The notes beneath the pieces were generated by a model. The model saw only the letters and a list, made by a program, of their open reading frames with translations. It was not told the DNA's origin and ran no database searches. The position numbers and the translations under genes were made by a program. A stretch of DNA of 64,000 nt, taken from contig NW_026860351.1 in the NCBI RefSeq assembly GCF_026571515.1, forward strand, positions 1-64,000, given 5' to 3'. Positions 26,101 to 38,879 of the stretch are shown piece after piece; positions within the stretch are counted from its first letter, which is position 1, and every line of letters begins with the position of its first letter. This DNA is from Ruditapes philippinarum. Its lineage: Eukaryota.

Positions 26101-27496
26101 CAGTCAGATATACGGTTGAGCAAGATACAATTATTTAAATCATGATACAATGCTTCATAAAGACGATGCAAAGATAACTAAATAAAGAATACGAGTAAGA
26201 CGATATCTTTTAAGCATGAGAAATATTCAGAGTTCTGGTTGTTGTTATATTTTAGCTTTCTCTTCATATTAATTTGAAGTCACAGACAACACACTCTCAC
26301 TGAATTGTTGAAATTGAATTCTGTTTTCAGTTCACATTTTTGTGTGAACATTTATGTAATCGATACCAACGTGAGAAATAAACGTATTTAAATAATTAGC
26401 ATTATTCATGTCCATATATGCAAGTAGAATATAAACATAAACTTCAGCTGCTACTATTTATCGGATAGACATCAGCTATCTTAAAAACAAATGGCCTGTT
26501 AAAATACCATGTCCTTTTGGAGTTCACGTATACATGTATATGTACACAGGCTTATTGCCTTAATTAGATATTTTAAAAGAGGGAATAATTATAAGAAGAC
26601 AATCTTTTAAGTGAGTTAGCATATTTTCAAAACCGAGATACAAGTGAGCTAGTTAGATACAATAACATTTTCACAACTAGACATACATCACGGTAACATC
26701 ATATCATCAGTCATGGTTCCAGACGGTCACAGTTTGAACGATACATTAGTGGTTGTGTCACTATACACAACGAAACCGGTGTTTAACTGCCAATATACAC
26801 TAGTTAGATTCGAGACTCGTTAGATTCAGTTGTTGTTTTTTACTTCTACCTCTATAAGATAATTTTCACAACCTATTGCCTTCGTGGTCAATTTCTACGT
26901 ATCAAAACTCCAAACCGGTGTTAAATAGCCGATAAACACCGCTGAAACAATGTATTATTTCTTAATCATAACCTTGTCTACGCAGCTACTATGACAGGGA
27001 CGGACATCGAATAAACAGACCAGTATTACAGTTTCATTTTTACAAAGCTTCGGAAAGACATCTTATAATTCAATTTTTTATCGGTTAAGATACATTTCAA
27101 TCTGATTATTTTCTAGTAGTTTTATGCCGTTTATATTATTGGCAAACTTGAGTGTTCTACATTTAAAATTATAATTCAAAAACGGTTTTAAGTCGACGGA
27201 ATAATGTTCTGTTATAAGAAACTGTTTTAATTTCCCTTTTTTAAAAACTACATAAATGTGTATCAACATTTTAATAAAAGCAACATATCTGTTAAACAGT
27301 GGCCCAGTGTTATGATTCCAGTTTGCATAGGTTCGAGTGACAATGGTTTTATTATATTCTCTGAATGTACATGTATTTGCAAATTGCAAAGTAAACGTTT
27401 CTGACTGAACTGAATGCGTCCATTTTCTTTATGTTTCCTTACTTACAAATTAGTAATATCATTTACGTCACCAGCGAAAAATGGACGCTCGCCTTT
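23104..27496 (-). repeat. Right arm of the large inverted duplication
   Basis: Reverse complement of 12782-17774 with scattered substitutions and indels; mirrored spurious ORFs (15987/24723 and 16969/23721). Confidence 0.95.
23670..23741 (-). pseudogene. tRNA-Pro(AGG)-like degenerate copy (mirror of 17143-17207, slightly more complete)
   Basis: Minus strand reads TCCCCGTGATCCAGGGGTAATATGCTCGTTTAGGAAGTAAGAGGTTTTGTGTTCAAATCCCAGTCAAGGCA. Confidence 0.5.
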
Positions 27497-29819
27497 ACCT
27501 TATTTATTCTAGTACAGAATATGTATAGTATTTTACTTTGTTGATATGATAAAACGGGCTGATATTTTAAATGATTTTAGTATTCTTTTTATTTTAGGAC
27601 TTTATTACTTATACTGGTATAAAGCGTGTATAACGCTTTAGTTTGATAAGAAAACGAAGTCATATTTTTAATGTTTTTTTCTGCTTTTTTAAAATCACAT
27701 TATTTATACTTGTATAAAATGTGTATAATGCTTTAGTTTGTTGAGAAAACGAAGTGATATTCATTATCATTATTATTATTATTTTCAAGACTACATCATT
27801 TATACAAGCATAGAATATGTATACTAGTAATTCTTCATTTGTAGCTATTACATGCGTTCGAGCAGTCAGTATTTTCAAATTAAATTAAATTCTAGCCGGG
27901 ATTTACTAAGTGTATACGCATACTTTATTATTTGGCCATTTCTTTTCTTTACGTCACTCAACTATTGTATTTAAGAATGTAATGGCGGTGATAGATTGAT
28001 AGATTATCGGAAATTTGATTGTTTTGTTTGTTTGTTCTTCTTCTTATTTACTGATAAACTGATTGTTTACTAGTACAGTAAATTTCATCGAAGGTATGCA
28101 GATTTAATAGAAACACTCCATTAGAAATAAGATCAACTCCACTTGAAATAAGAAAGAACACACATACACACAAACACAAATAGAGTAAGCATAAACAAAC
28201 ATAAATTGTCATTTTTACAAATACACAATGTATACAAGTACAAGATATGTTTATTACAAAAACAGATAAAAGAGTGAACCTTTCACACTATATTAGTTAG
28301 CTGTTACGATAGCTGTTCAAATGTTGACACTGTTATAACATAACATCTAATCTCTCTTGAAACTGGCATATTGAAAATGCGTGTACAAAAAATCAATAAT
28401 AAAAATAAAGTGAAATAAAAATGTAACAAAGTTATAATAATTTACATTATCATTATAATTATTATATACAAAATATTGTACGCGTACAATTTTTTTTTAA
28501 AATGCCACATATATACTGACCTCGTTTCTTCAAGTCATAACATAATATAAATAGGTTTAACCACTTTATGCTTATGCTTTCTGGCAGTTAATAAATTTTA
28601 TAAAAATGCCCTTCTTTCATTCAAACATATCACTTTTGTTTTCCCTGCATTCAGACAAGTTCGTCCTTGCCGTGACTATTCCCATCACTGTACAAAATCA
28701 TAAATAAAACACAGTTTGTGAGTAACAGTAAAATATATCATCCCGAAGAAAATACTATTTACCCGAAGAATTAGCTAACACTGTTTTCCAAGCGATGTTA
28801 ATCACAAACTGCGTGTTATTTATTTTATTACCCCGAACTTATACTTCACTAGGACACTCTTTCTATAGGTTTTTAAATTTCAGATTTTTACTGATAAAAT
28901 ATACTAGTAACTATGTAACAACACAATATTTTTACTCACTTGGTACACTTGAATCAAAAGTAAGAATAGCTGCCACATTAACAATACAGAATTAGTGAGG
29001 GGAAATAATACGATGTTTTTCCAGTTACTGTCACGGCATTGTATTCTAACATCAAAATTGCGCGGTAGTATACTATTTTTAGAAATAATTTGATGAAATA
29101 AAAAAGAGGTCTCTATCGACTGGCAATCCTGTTTTTCTGCTCTCTCGTCAATGGTAAAGCGTCGACACGACACTCTGGCAAAATGCCTGAACAAGTCGTG
29201 TTCAGTGAAATCTAGGTCATTTTTAATTGCTTTTTTTTTTCTCCGCTAATGAGTAACATGTCATTAAAAAATGACTAGCATTGAGCCGCTACCCGAGCAA
29301 CGGCTTCCAGCAATTACTTTATCTCATAATAATGATAATAATAATCTTCATCATAATCATAATAATAATAACCGTTGTTATTATTATAATGACAGACATT
29401 CTGCCGCCTATTTTGAGTATCGAGATATATTTCGATACATACTTGATAAACCCCAAAGGAATCTCCCTCCAATAAGACGCCATTTTTTTTATCTTATTTA
29501 AAAATAACTCGAATGGCTAACCGCCATCTTTAATTCAATTTAAAAAGACTCATAAAGGCTATTATAACATGCTCGTTTTCGTACAATCCAGTTAGAATAA
29601 GCGTCAAAATATCTCCTTTCAGAATCAAAAAAGTAAAGCTGACTTATCATAAGTGTTGAATAAATAAATGTTTAGACCGGCTGCTGAGCAATATGTGAAC
29701 CGGTCTGTTGGTACTGTACGTGTCCTGAGACTCCGGGAATGAAACTATTTCTTTTCTGCTTATTTTGAATCTGCCTTCTCGATCTACCGAGATACTCTAA
29801 CTTGGTTTCAGTTCCGCCA

Positions 29820-30182
29820 TTACTGTCCCTCATCCCTAAGGGTTGGTCCGAATGTCGCTTTGGCTTTTCTGTACTTAAGTCCGGGACTCGGCAGCACGTA
29901 GCCGACGGCCGAGCTGAGTAGAGCAATCCAGAGTTCTTGATTTGACCCGGAATTGATCGAAAGATTGACCGCAGACACGATTATTATTCCGTATATGGCG
30001 ACTATTTGAGCGATGAAAGTAACGCGGTTCTTAGGCAGCCTATTGCCGCAAACCACGCAGTCGCTAGAGACCGCCCGGCCGCCCTGAAGCTCACTTTCCT
30101 CACAGATTTTAAAAGGTTCGCGTTCTGGTGAAATTTCTCCAGTCTTGCTCAAAGATATAGACACGCTGTCGGCGGTAGCCAT
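29820..30182 (-). CDS. Small two-transmembrane protein of the type found in Polinton/Maverick gene modules (120 aa)
   Basis: CG..LPK..VTFIAQIVAIYGIIIVSAVNLS..SNQELWIALLSSAVGYVLPSP; intact ATG to TAA; stop overlaps the next ATG (TAATG). Confidence 0.65.
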   Translation of the reverse strand: MATADSVSISLSKTGEISPEREPFKICEESELQGGRAVSSDCVVCGNRLPKNRVTFIAQIVAIYGIIIVSAVNLSINSGSNQELWIALLSSAVGYVLPSPGLKYRKAKATFGPTLRDEGQ

Positions 30183-30319
30183 TTCGAATTTAATGGTGGT
30201 CAGTAAAAACTGACCCGTTTATAATAATAATAATAATGTTTATTGAGAAAACATTTCAATACACACACATACTGCCTATAATCACTCATTCATGCATCAC
30301 TCTCCCCATTGGTTGCCAG

Positions 30320-30630
30320 GTAAACTATCCGCCATCTTTGTTTTTCATTACGGAACTAGCCGCCATCTTTATTTTTAATTATGCAAATATCCGCCATCTT
30401 TATTTTTAATTAAACATCTTTTAAAAGGACACTTTGCCTTTCAAGTGCCATTGAAAACCACTTCAAAAGGATATTCTACCTTTCAAGTACATTGGCAGAC
30501 CACTTCAAAAGGATATTCTACCTCTCAAGTACACTCGAAGACCACTTCAAAAGATTAACATTACGTCATAATCCCCAAACCTAAACTGCTCCTGCTCACA
30601 ACTCCCTCTCGCTATCCGAATGACACTACT
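30320..30630. repeat. Putative Polinton terminal inverted repeat (single copy in window)
   Basis: CCGCCATCTTT at 30329/30360/30391 (period 31); ACCACTTCAAAAG at 30457/30499/30541 (period 42); terminus ACTACT. Confidence 0.65.
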
Positions 30631-32967
30631 TTTATGTTTATGCTATGCCTAGTTTTTTGTTTTGTTAAATTTTAAAAACATGCTAAACGTGGTACAGATC
30701 AAAGAGTATGAGCTACTTTCCAATTTTACCAAGAGATTTATTTCCCTCTAATACAAAGATATCTGAATAAGGTACGCGTGGTCTTGAGTATTTTCATAGA
30801 AACACTGTTAGACTTAATGCATGTCTTACTCAATTCTAAGTATTTCATCACTGTGTGGATTCTAGTTTACTAACATTTTTCTTATGTTATCAACACAAGT
30901 TTGAACACTGTCATGTTTGTTTGTAAGATTCGGGGTCTTTTTACAGCAGAAATCATTCGTACATTCGACAAAACATATTTGAGCCGCATATGCATACGCA
31001 TGTGCATATTTCATTTCACTGAGCAAAGTCATCATATGTTTGAATTTTTGAGATTACTGAAAAATAATGTTGTCTTTAATTGTTGAATGATTGATATGTT
31101 TTTATTTTCAGATTTTAAGGGCTTCTCCTACCATAGGTATAATATTAAACTGTTACAAATATTAGTCGCCGGTTTCTACCGCGACAAATAATATAAAACT
31201 TAAAGAAGCCTCCGATATCAGGAAATGATTGTTACAAAAATACAAGTACGCAAATAACATGATATTGCCATATAACTTATGAACATACGTATAAACGTTA
31301 CAATAGATTTTTTATAAAAGATACAAATAAACGAATATGGTTTCGTTGATTGGAAACAATGGGGAAATGAAGCATCAAATTTACTTTGAAGAAAGTTTAA
31401 CTCGTACGCTTTTTGTATTTTCAATATAACTAAACGTTACATATATACAGAATCACCGTTTAATATACGTAGAAAATGATATCTTCAATGAGTTCAATTT
31501 TCGAAACTAGTTTGTATTGCTTCAAAAATAATTCAGATTATTGGCTTTTTTATCTTATAATGTCCTACGTAGGAGTTATAAACTCCCTTTTAGGCTTATT
31601 TTTTTATCTCCTACGTAAATGTCTACTTTACTTCATTTTTATAACTAATAATATATTTTCCGTTTGATTCACCATTCCTTAAAATGAGCTTTTTGTATAC
31701 AAAAATAAACGTAGATCAAGCTATGTTCCAGTACACCTGAAAATTGACACCCAGAGCTTTAATTACCTCTAGAAAACATGGTGGCAATAGATCTATCAAA
31801 AAACCAAACGTGTCAAAAACAACAGATGCACTGATGAAAATAACGTTCATTTTCTTCAGTTACATCAACGACAATGACGGTTTATTTCTCGATGAACACG
31901 CCAACAGAGCACCTGTACAATGACAACTATTCCGTGTTCTCACAGATTATTATTAATGAGGGAAATGCCTGTGCCAGTTGGACATTCAAGTCCCAGTTCC
32001 AGGCATCTACCAGTTCTTTGTAACTTGTAACTATATACTTTGTAACTACACAGTGTTTCATTAGGAAGAATAGGGATGTTCTGTTCTCGTTTATGCATGG
32101 ACTACAGGAAACACAGACTGCGTCAACTAACGTACATTGCCTCACTGGTGACGTCATATATACGAGTATTTCGTGTGACGGTTTGGAAAACATGGATCAC
32201 AATCAGACATCACTGTTCAGTGGTGCACTAGTTTCAGCTAAGGAGAAACATAAAAGCTTTGAAAGAAATACTGTATTTGTTATTTTGTTTTTTTATAGAT
32301 TTATTTATAACGTTAGTGGTAGGCTAAAATTAATTTCATTGAAATTTTATCCTTATCAAATGATGTAGAGTTAGATCCTACATACCCGTAGAAAAATGTT
32401 TATACGTAAATATATATCAGATATAATATATCAAAGGGTGTATTCCGTAAAATTGTGCTAACGGGTGTAAAAATTATGGTGAAACCGATACAAGTTGTCC
32501 ATTTTCCCCATGAAATAACATTCATAGGTTAGTACGTACATGTACAATGACTTGTATCATAGTTTGGGGTCCTTTCTGTTGAAAAAGTGTCAGAGTTAAA
32601 TCGTATACATATATATGCACAGTGCGGTAACTGGAGTGCGGGTATCAGTTACCAGCACTCCAGATAATGCCCGTTGATTGGTTCATTTTTGCTGGGGTTT
32701 ACTTATTGTGATGGCAGAGAAAGGGAAAGGGGCAGAAATATCATATTCAAATGCTCGTTCATTGGTTCATTTTTTCTGGGGTTTTGTATTATGACAACAG
32801 GGAACGTGCTGTCATGTTTGACTATAATACAAAAGAGAAAGAACACCAAAATACTCGGCAATCTGATTTATACTCGGGGGCTACGCCACCTCGTACAAAT
32901 CAGATAGCCTCGCGTTTCGGTGATCTTTCTATTACTTAACTTAGTTAACGCGACATGCATGCACACT

Positions 32968-35900
32968 TCACCCATTCTTTATTCCGTTTTCTATTGTAAA
33001 TAACAACGTCTTCATATCCATTTCATGGAAAGACACTTTTTCATAAGGGGCTAGAGTTTTCTTCCCCTTGAGCTGAGTCAGTGACATCTCTTTAATTGTA
33101 ATATTCTTACCGGACATGTTTATAAATATATTTTCTACACTGAGCGAATATTTTTTCGACGAAATACAATATTTTGTTGACAGTGTATTGCCAGCTGTTG
33201 TTAACCTACGGAACAAGGTCAAAGAAATGCCCTCAATGTTTAATAATTCATCTATTAAACATTTCATATTTGCTATTATCATATCACATGGTATACTATT
33301 TTGCAAAAATCCAACATTAACTTTATCCAGAGGTATTTTCTTTACAGAAAAGAAGCTTTTTACAGGATGTTGAACTAAATCGTTTATTAAGGTGCTTTCG
33401 ATAGATGGTACGAAACTATCCAATATGTTTTCATTCTCTGAAAATTTACATGATTCGAAATGAAGAAATAGTTTTATTGATGTAATTTTGTTGTCTGTAA
33501 CCTCTTGCGAAAGTCCGCCATCTTCTTGGATAGATACTCTGTCTATAAATAGATCAATAACACCTGGTTCCCAGGAGACCACCCCATGGGGTTGAGTTGT
33601 ATGTATATTCAAAATACGGGAACCGTCACGAATGGCGGCCATTGACGTTATTGGATAAACATTTGAAGAAAACGGCATGGCTTTCCTAAATTTTCGTTTA
33701 GAAATGTGTATACCATTGGAATCTGTGAAAAATGTATTACCGCTTTGTATTGTGGTAACAACTCTCATTGAAATTTCTCCTATAAAATAATTCGCGTTAT
33801 TACGTGACAGGTCAGTGAAAACATTCACTTGTAAATATCTTCCATTGACACCAAGCGTATTTTTCAAAACATATTCAATCTTTATTAATTTATGAGAAAC
33901 CACGACCATGCACTGGTTTCTTCCAGATATTTGGCTAACTTGTACGACGGACCTAAGCAGATTTTCGTTTTGGTTATTCGTTGATAAAGTATATGCTCCA
34001 CCGCTTTTTGAAAAATGTCGCCAGTCAATCTTCAAACTTTCACAAAAGTGCTCATCTTTGTAGCACATTACCTTAGGTGACCCGTCAGATAAAGAAAACG
34101 TGATATTCACTTTACTGTTCTCGCAGAGAATAAATTCTTCTCCACTAGAATCTGAAAGCCGGTTGATCCTCATGGCACGTCCTGACATATAGTGGTGTGA
34201 GTTAGAAATTAAGAAAGATACAATACTTAAAGGCGGCAGGCTTGTTTTGAAAAATATGTGTGCCGTTTCACCTTGCCACATATAATCAAAGCTGTAATTT
34301 GACCCCGATATTTGATCTGTTATTGAAATATTTGGAGTGGAATGTAAAAACTCGACTATTTCATTCCGTTCTTGCGTAAAATCATTGTATAAAACAAAGT
34401 GACAGGCCGTTTTATTACGTTTTGCGTTACATATCTTGGTCAAGTTTGTTACAGAGGCAGGAAAAACATATTTGCCTATTTTTTCTTTTTCCTTTTGTAC
34501 ATTTTCATTATTTGATTTTATATCATATGTCTCCCAATAACTGCAACTACCAAAAAGAATGAATTCAACAAAGAACGCCATGATCTGCTGTGACGTAAGA
34601 ATAGCAGACGTAAGTTTGTTTTCATAATCTTTTACGACATAAGCGGCAGACGTTCCAGTAATGGCGTCGTGGTGTTGAAACACATTTAATTCTCTTCTAG
34701 AACGGACTAGTTGACCTAGAACTAAACCTAATACATTCCGAGATATATCATTAACGGGAACGCTTAAAATAACAAGTGCAGCAAGAATGTCGGCTGCTCG
34801 AACAGACTCCTGAAGTTCCCGTCCAAGTTTTTTCAAGAATTGCCTCGTTGTGAAATATCCACTCCAGTAACCTATACCAGTTGTAAATGGGAAAAAATCT
34901 CCGCTAACCACTGGGTATTTGAAATGATTCAACTCCGATCTTTTTTCAATTTCAGTAAAAAAATCTTTAGGAGTCCCAAACCTCATTTTGACGTTATAGT
35001 TTCGATTGGAATTAATAAACTTCATCAAATTCTTCATATTTAAATGCTGCTTGTCCCATTCAAAACCTGTGTTGTACCTGAAGTCACCTCCATGTGGTAA
35101 AAGTAATACATTATGCAAATACCCGTCACTTTTAAGTTTCAGTTGTCTTACAACTTTGTCTGCAAAAGAACGTAGACTTCTGTAATGATGATATAACAAA
35201 ATAACGGTTCGATTTACTTCCGGTGTGTCCGGATCCGGAAGTGTGATGTCATGGCCAAGGTCAAGATCTTCACAGACATGTCTAGCCGGTCCACAGCTGT
35301 CAGGAAAGCTTAGCCACTCGTATGGTTCAACCTAAATGATAAAGATTATGTTAAACAGTCATAAGAATATTGTTTCAATCATTTGAAAATAACATAAACT
35401 ATTGATTTACAAAACAAAATGAAGGTCTGTAGACTATGTATATGCTGACTTTCGAATATTTTTGTACCCTTTAACGTTGGTAAGGGTAGCCTCCCTTTAT
35501 TAAACAATTTAGCAATAAGGTTGAGGGAAATATTTGGAAATGAGAAAATATGGCAAAATAAATGAATATGTATGCCAAAGTGGGCAATGTGTAAAGCTTT
35601 TGACAACTTGTTTATCTAAAATGATTGTCGTAGTTAATTTTGAGTCACTCAAGGAAATTTTGACAATTATGTGCAACACAGATAATATATGCTGTAAAAC
35701 AGCAGACGTGATGTGACAAAATTTGAGAATAGTCTTCTGACACGTCATATATGGTTTTATCAAAACTGACAGTTGGGTTACAACTGGTTGATTCGATGCT
35801 GATTCATTTTGCTATCAATAACTTAAAATTTAAGCTGCAGTGAAAAGAACAAAATATATACGAAACCTGAACAAAATGTCCTTTTCCATACGCGTCTGAT

Positions 35901-36739
35901 GGTGTTTTCATGTAGAAATTCATCAGCTTCATTTTCATGAGGTATTCCTTCATTCCTAAATGAACTCTTTTCAAAACAGAATATTTTATCCCTGCCTTAT
36001 CCATCAAAAATCGGGCGGTTGAGGAATATCCGAACTGGTCCATGTCGAATGACGTAATGGGTAAGACACCAAGATGTTGCTTGACCCAAAAATGACCTTC
36101 AATCATTTGATCTAAATACGCAAAATAGTGCGGCGTAGCCTCATCCGGAATGATCCATGCGCCGGAAGTTATTTCCAGACGGCCTGATTGCACTAAACGT
36201 TTAAATTTAATCTTATTCGATTTATTTTGCCTTGTCCACCATCGTTCAAGAAGGCATGTTTCAGGCCATACAAAAGTCGCGTCATTGTACTGATATAGCA
36301 TCTCGACCAACAATGACAAAATGTTGCTTGTTGATTCATGAAAATACTCCGAGAACGTCTTCTTATAACCGGGATCATTGTGTGAATGAGGCACAACAAT
36401 TACCGACAAGAGCTCTTTTCTACGTTTCTGTTGCGTGAAGTTCTTCACATAGTCTGGAAGTGTGTCTGTAAAATTACTGTTCACAAAATCTCCATGTCGT
36501 TCCACATGCGTCATGTGATCAAGAATATCGTTCACTGTAAAATCGATAGGTATGTCCAACCTGGTGATAAATTTAGACATGTTATACATGAACAATGTTT
36601 TATCTGAATTTTTGACGAGATGTTGTTTATAGAACAACATCACCTGCAACGTAAATACTCCGAAAAATAGGACGCATATGTATCGTAAATATTTTTTCTT
36701 TAAAATCGAATAAGACATCGATATAACAATTCTATCCAT
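32968..36739 (-). CDS. Golgi alpha-mannosidase II-like (GH38), type II membrane protein, ~1078 aa; exons 36739-35867 and 35331-32968
   Basis: N-terminal TM; motifs VPHSHNDPG, GAWIIPDEATPHY, DQMIEGHFW, DQFGYS, PHGGDFRY, YWSGYFTTR and FQHHDAITGT. The GT..AG phase-0 intron at 35866-35332 joins the two ORFs in frame (via VEPYEWLSFPDSCGP). Confidence 0.92.
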
Positions 36740-38129
36740 GGTAATTTTTTTATCATGGAAAACATACCTCTTAAATTTTACATGTAATTCAAGACTGTAA
36801 GTTAATACAATCTTTTTGTTTACAAATAATTACAATCGATTTCAATGGAATTCATAATTAGTTTAAAAAACAATAAGGTGTCCATTTTGTAGACTGTTAT
36901 AAACAAAAGCGAGTGTTTAATTGTCACTGGTTAATCCTACACCACCGATGATATACTTCAATAATTTTCCGCCATAATTTGCAGAAGTAAGGACGGAAAA
37001 GACCGAAACAGTCCGATTAGATTAGTACATTAAGACACATAATGGTGGATATTTATTTTTTTCTCAATTTTTTGTGTGTTTAATTTGGAATTACAGAGAG
37101 GGTTCTATAAAATATAGAGAGTTTTCACTCAAATAATTATGTTGTTCTTGTTTTGGTAGACTTATAATTTTACAATTAGGATGTTTTTATTCCTAATGCG
37201 GCTTGTTGAAAATAATTTTTATAAAAGATGATGATAGCTCGTGCATTGGGTTAAAATCGAAAAAGAAATTGTCACGTCTTAAATGTAAAAATAACTTACT
37301 TTTGAAAAGTTGCATGATGTTTTATAAGAAACTTGTCCAACTTGTATGAAAATGACATGGGGCATCATTGTTTTATTTTTCTTTAGTCATGTGATAAAAA
37401 TCACAATTGCATTTTGATAGATGGATAAACATAAAGAAAGATATCTTATTGCATGGTATTGGAAATAAATCTTTTATATAGTAATCATTTGGTCTAGTAC
37501 AAGTATCGTTCGACACAAACGCCTCTATATTTCTATATTTCGAAATTAATCATCATTAATAAGTTCGGCATAAACTTAATGGTATGCTGGAATACTGCAT
37601 GGTATCCCATTGATTCAACCCAAGCGTGAAGCTCTCCTTACTAAGCAGGTACCGAGTGTAAGCCTTTTCATTGCCTCCGTCCTCTTTCAAAAACTCGCTA
37701 AGTGCTGTACGGAACCAAAGTCCGAAGTGTCGATGAACGTCGACTTATCGAAAAAAATTGAAATAGTTGAGCCCGCCTCTCACAATACGAATACCATACA
37801 GGGTATAGTAGGGTGACGTAATCTCATTGATGATATAGTCGGCTTTTCCCTGCTGTCCCGTCTGTGAGCAGCTTCCAAAAATTTCGACCTGCACACAGAT
37901 TCTCGTATTAGACTAGAGTTAAACTTTTCTCGAAGGCTTTGTGTCTCAGAATTACTTACAATCCAAGCCGCCATTTTGGTTTTCTTCTGAAATATTGCAC
38001 TATAGCTTATATTTGAAAAATCGTTTTCCCCTATAAATATTCCGATTGGTCTTAAAATATCTGAATCTTGACGATAGCTCTAAGACCAATTAAAAGCATA
38101 TCTAAAATGTTTTTGTCGGAACCAGTTCG

Positions 38130-38879
38130 TTGGAATTTTGGCTGATTTTTGCCCATTTATGTTTTTCGCCCGGGGCGACCCGCCCCCCCAAAGCGAAAAA
38201 TTCAAAATTTAACAAGTTAAAAAATCGGGGGCCCAAGAGCCAGAAAACACCAAATAAGCGTGGATTTAAAAGAAATAAAACCAGTTCCCGTTGGAAAATT
38301 GGCCCTGATTTTTGCCTTCATTTTTCGCCCGGCGACCCCCCCGCAAAGCCGAAAAAAAAAGTCGAAAATAGAAAAAGTCGAAAACAAAGCGAAAATTAAC
38401 AAAAAAATAAAAAAAAAATTAAACAAGGTTTAAAATAATCGGAAGCGCAGAGCGAGAACACTCAAATAAGCGTGAGATTTAAGAAATAAAACAGCGATGT
38501 CGCAGGCCGAAAACACGCTAATTTGCGTTGGCGCGGGGCGAGATTTAATTAATAAAACTTCGCCGTGCGCCTCCGCTAATTAGAGTGATTTTGTCCTCTG
38601 ACCCCGCCAAGCGAAGAGTCGAGAATTAACAAGTTAAAATGGCTGGGCGCGGGGCAAAAACACGCCTATTAGCGGGGGTGCTAATTAGCGAGTTTACGTT
38701 CCGCACTCCCGCCGTTTTATTTCTTAAATTTCGCCCCGCGCCCCCGCTAATAAGCGTATTTTCGCTCAGCGCCAACCGCCATTTTAATTTGTTCATTCTC
38801 GATTTTTCGCTTTGGCGGGCCGGGGCGAAAAACACCGAATGCACAAAAACAGCCACCATTAGTGACTTTGCGTCCCTTG
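38130..38879 (-). mobile_element. GC-richer internally repetitive/palindromic non-autonomous DNA element; left half appears low quality
   Basis: Repeated TTTTCGCC / GGCGAAAA / TAATAAGCGT modules in both orientations; terminus AAGGGACGCAAAGTCACTAATGG on the minus strand; homopolymer-inflated sequence at 38130-38460. Confidence 0.5.

Larger units (their letters stand above)
28904..30630. mobile_element. Terminal remnant of a Polinton/Maverick (adintovirus-like) endogenous viral element
   Basis: Ends ...GACACTACT (5'-AGTAGT on the other strand) at 30630; TIR-like region with three 31-bp and three 42-bp subrepeats; compact intronless ORFs including a Polinton-type small membrane protein. Left boundary uncertain. 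Confidence 0.65.

Noticed and set aside
29281-29475. Poly-Ile hydrophobic ORF
   Set aside because: Product of an (ATA/ATC)n microsatellite with a non-ATG start.
33116-36607. Plus-strand and alternative-frame ORFs overlapping the mannosidase
   Set aside because: Shadow ORFs of the real coding sequence.
37780-37974. Possible THAP-domain remnant (TRIC..GKS..DYV) on the minus strand
   Set aside because: Too degenerate; the C2CH ligands cannot be recovered.
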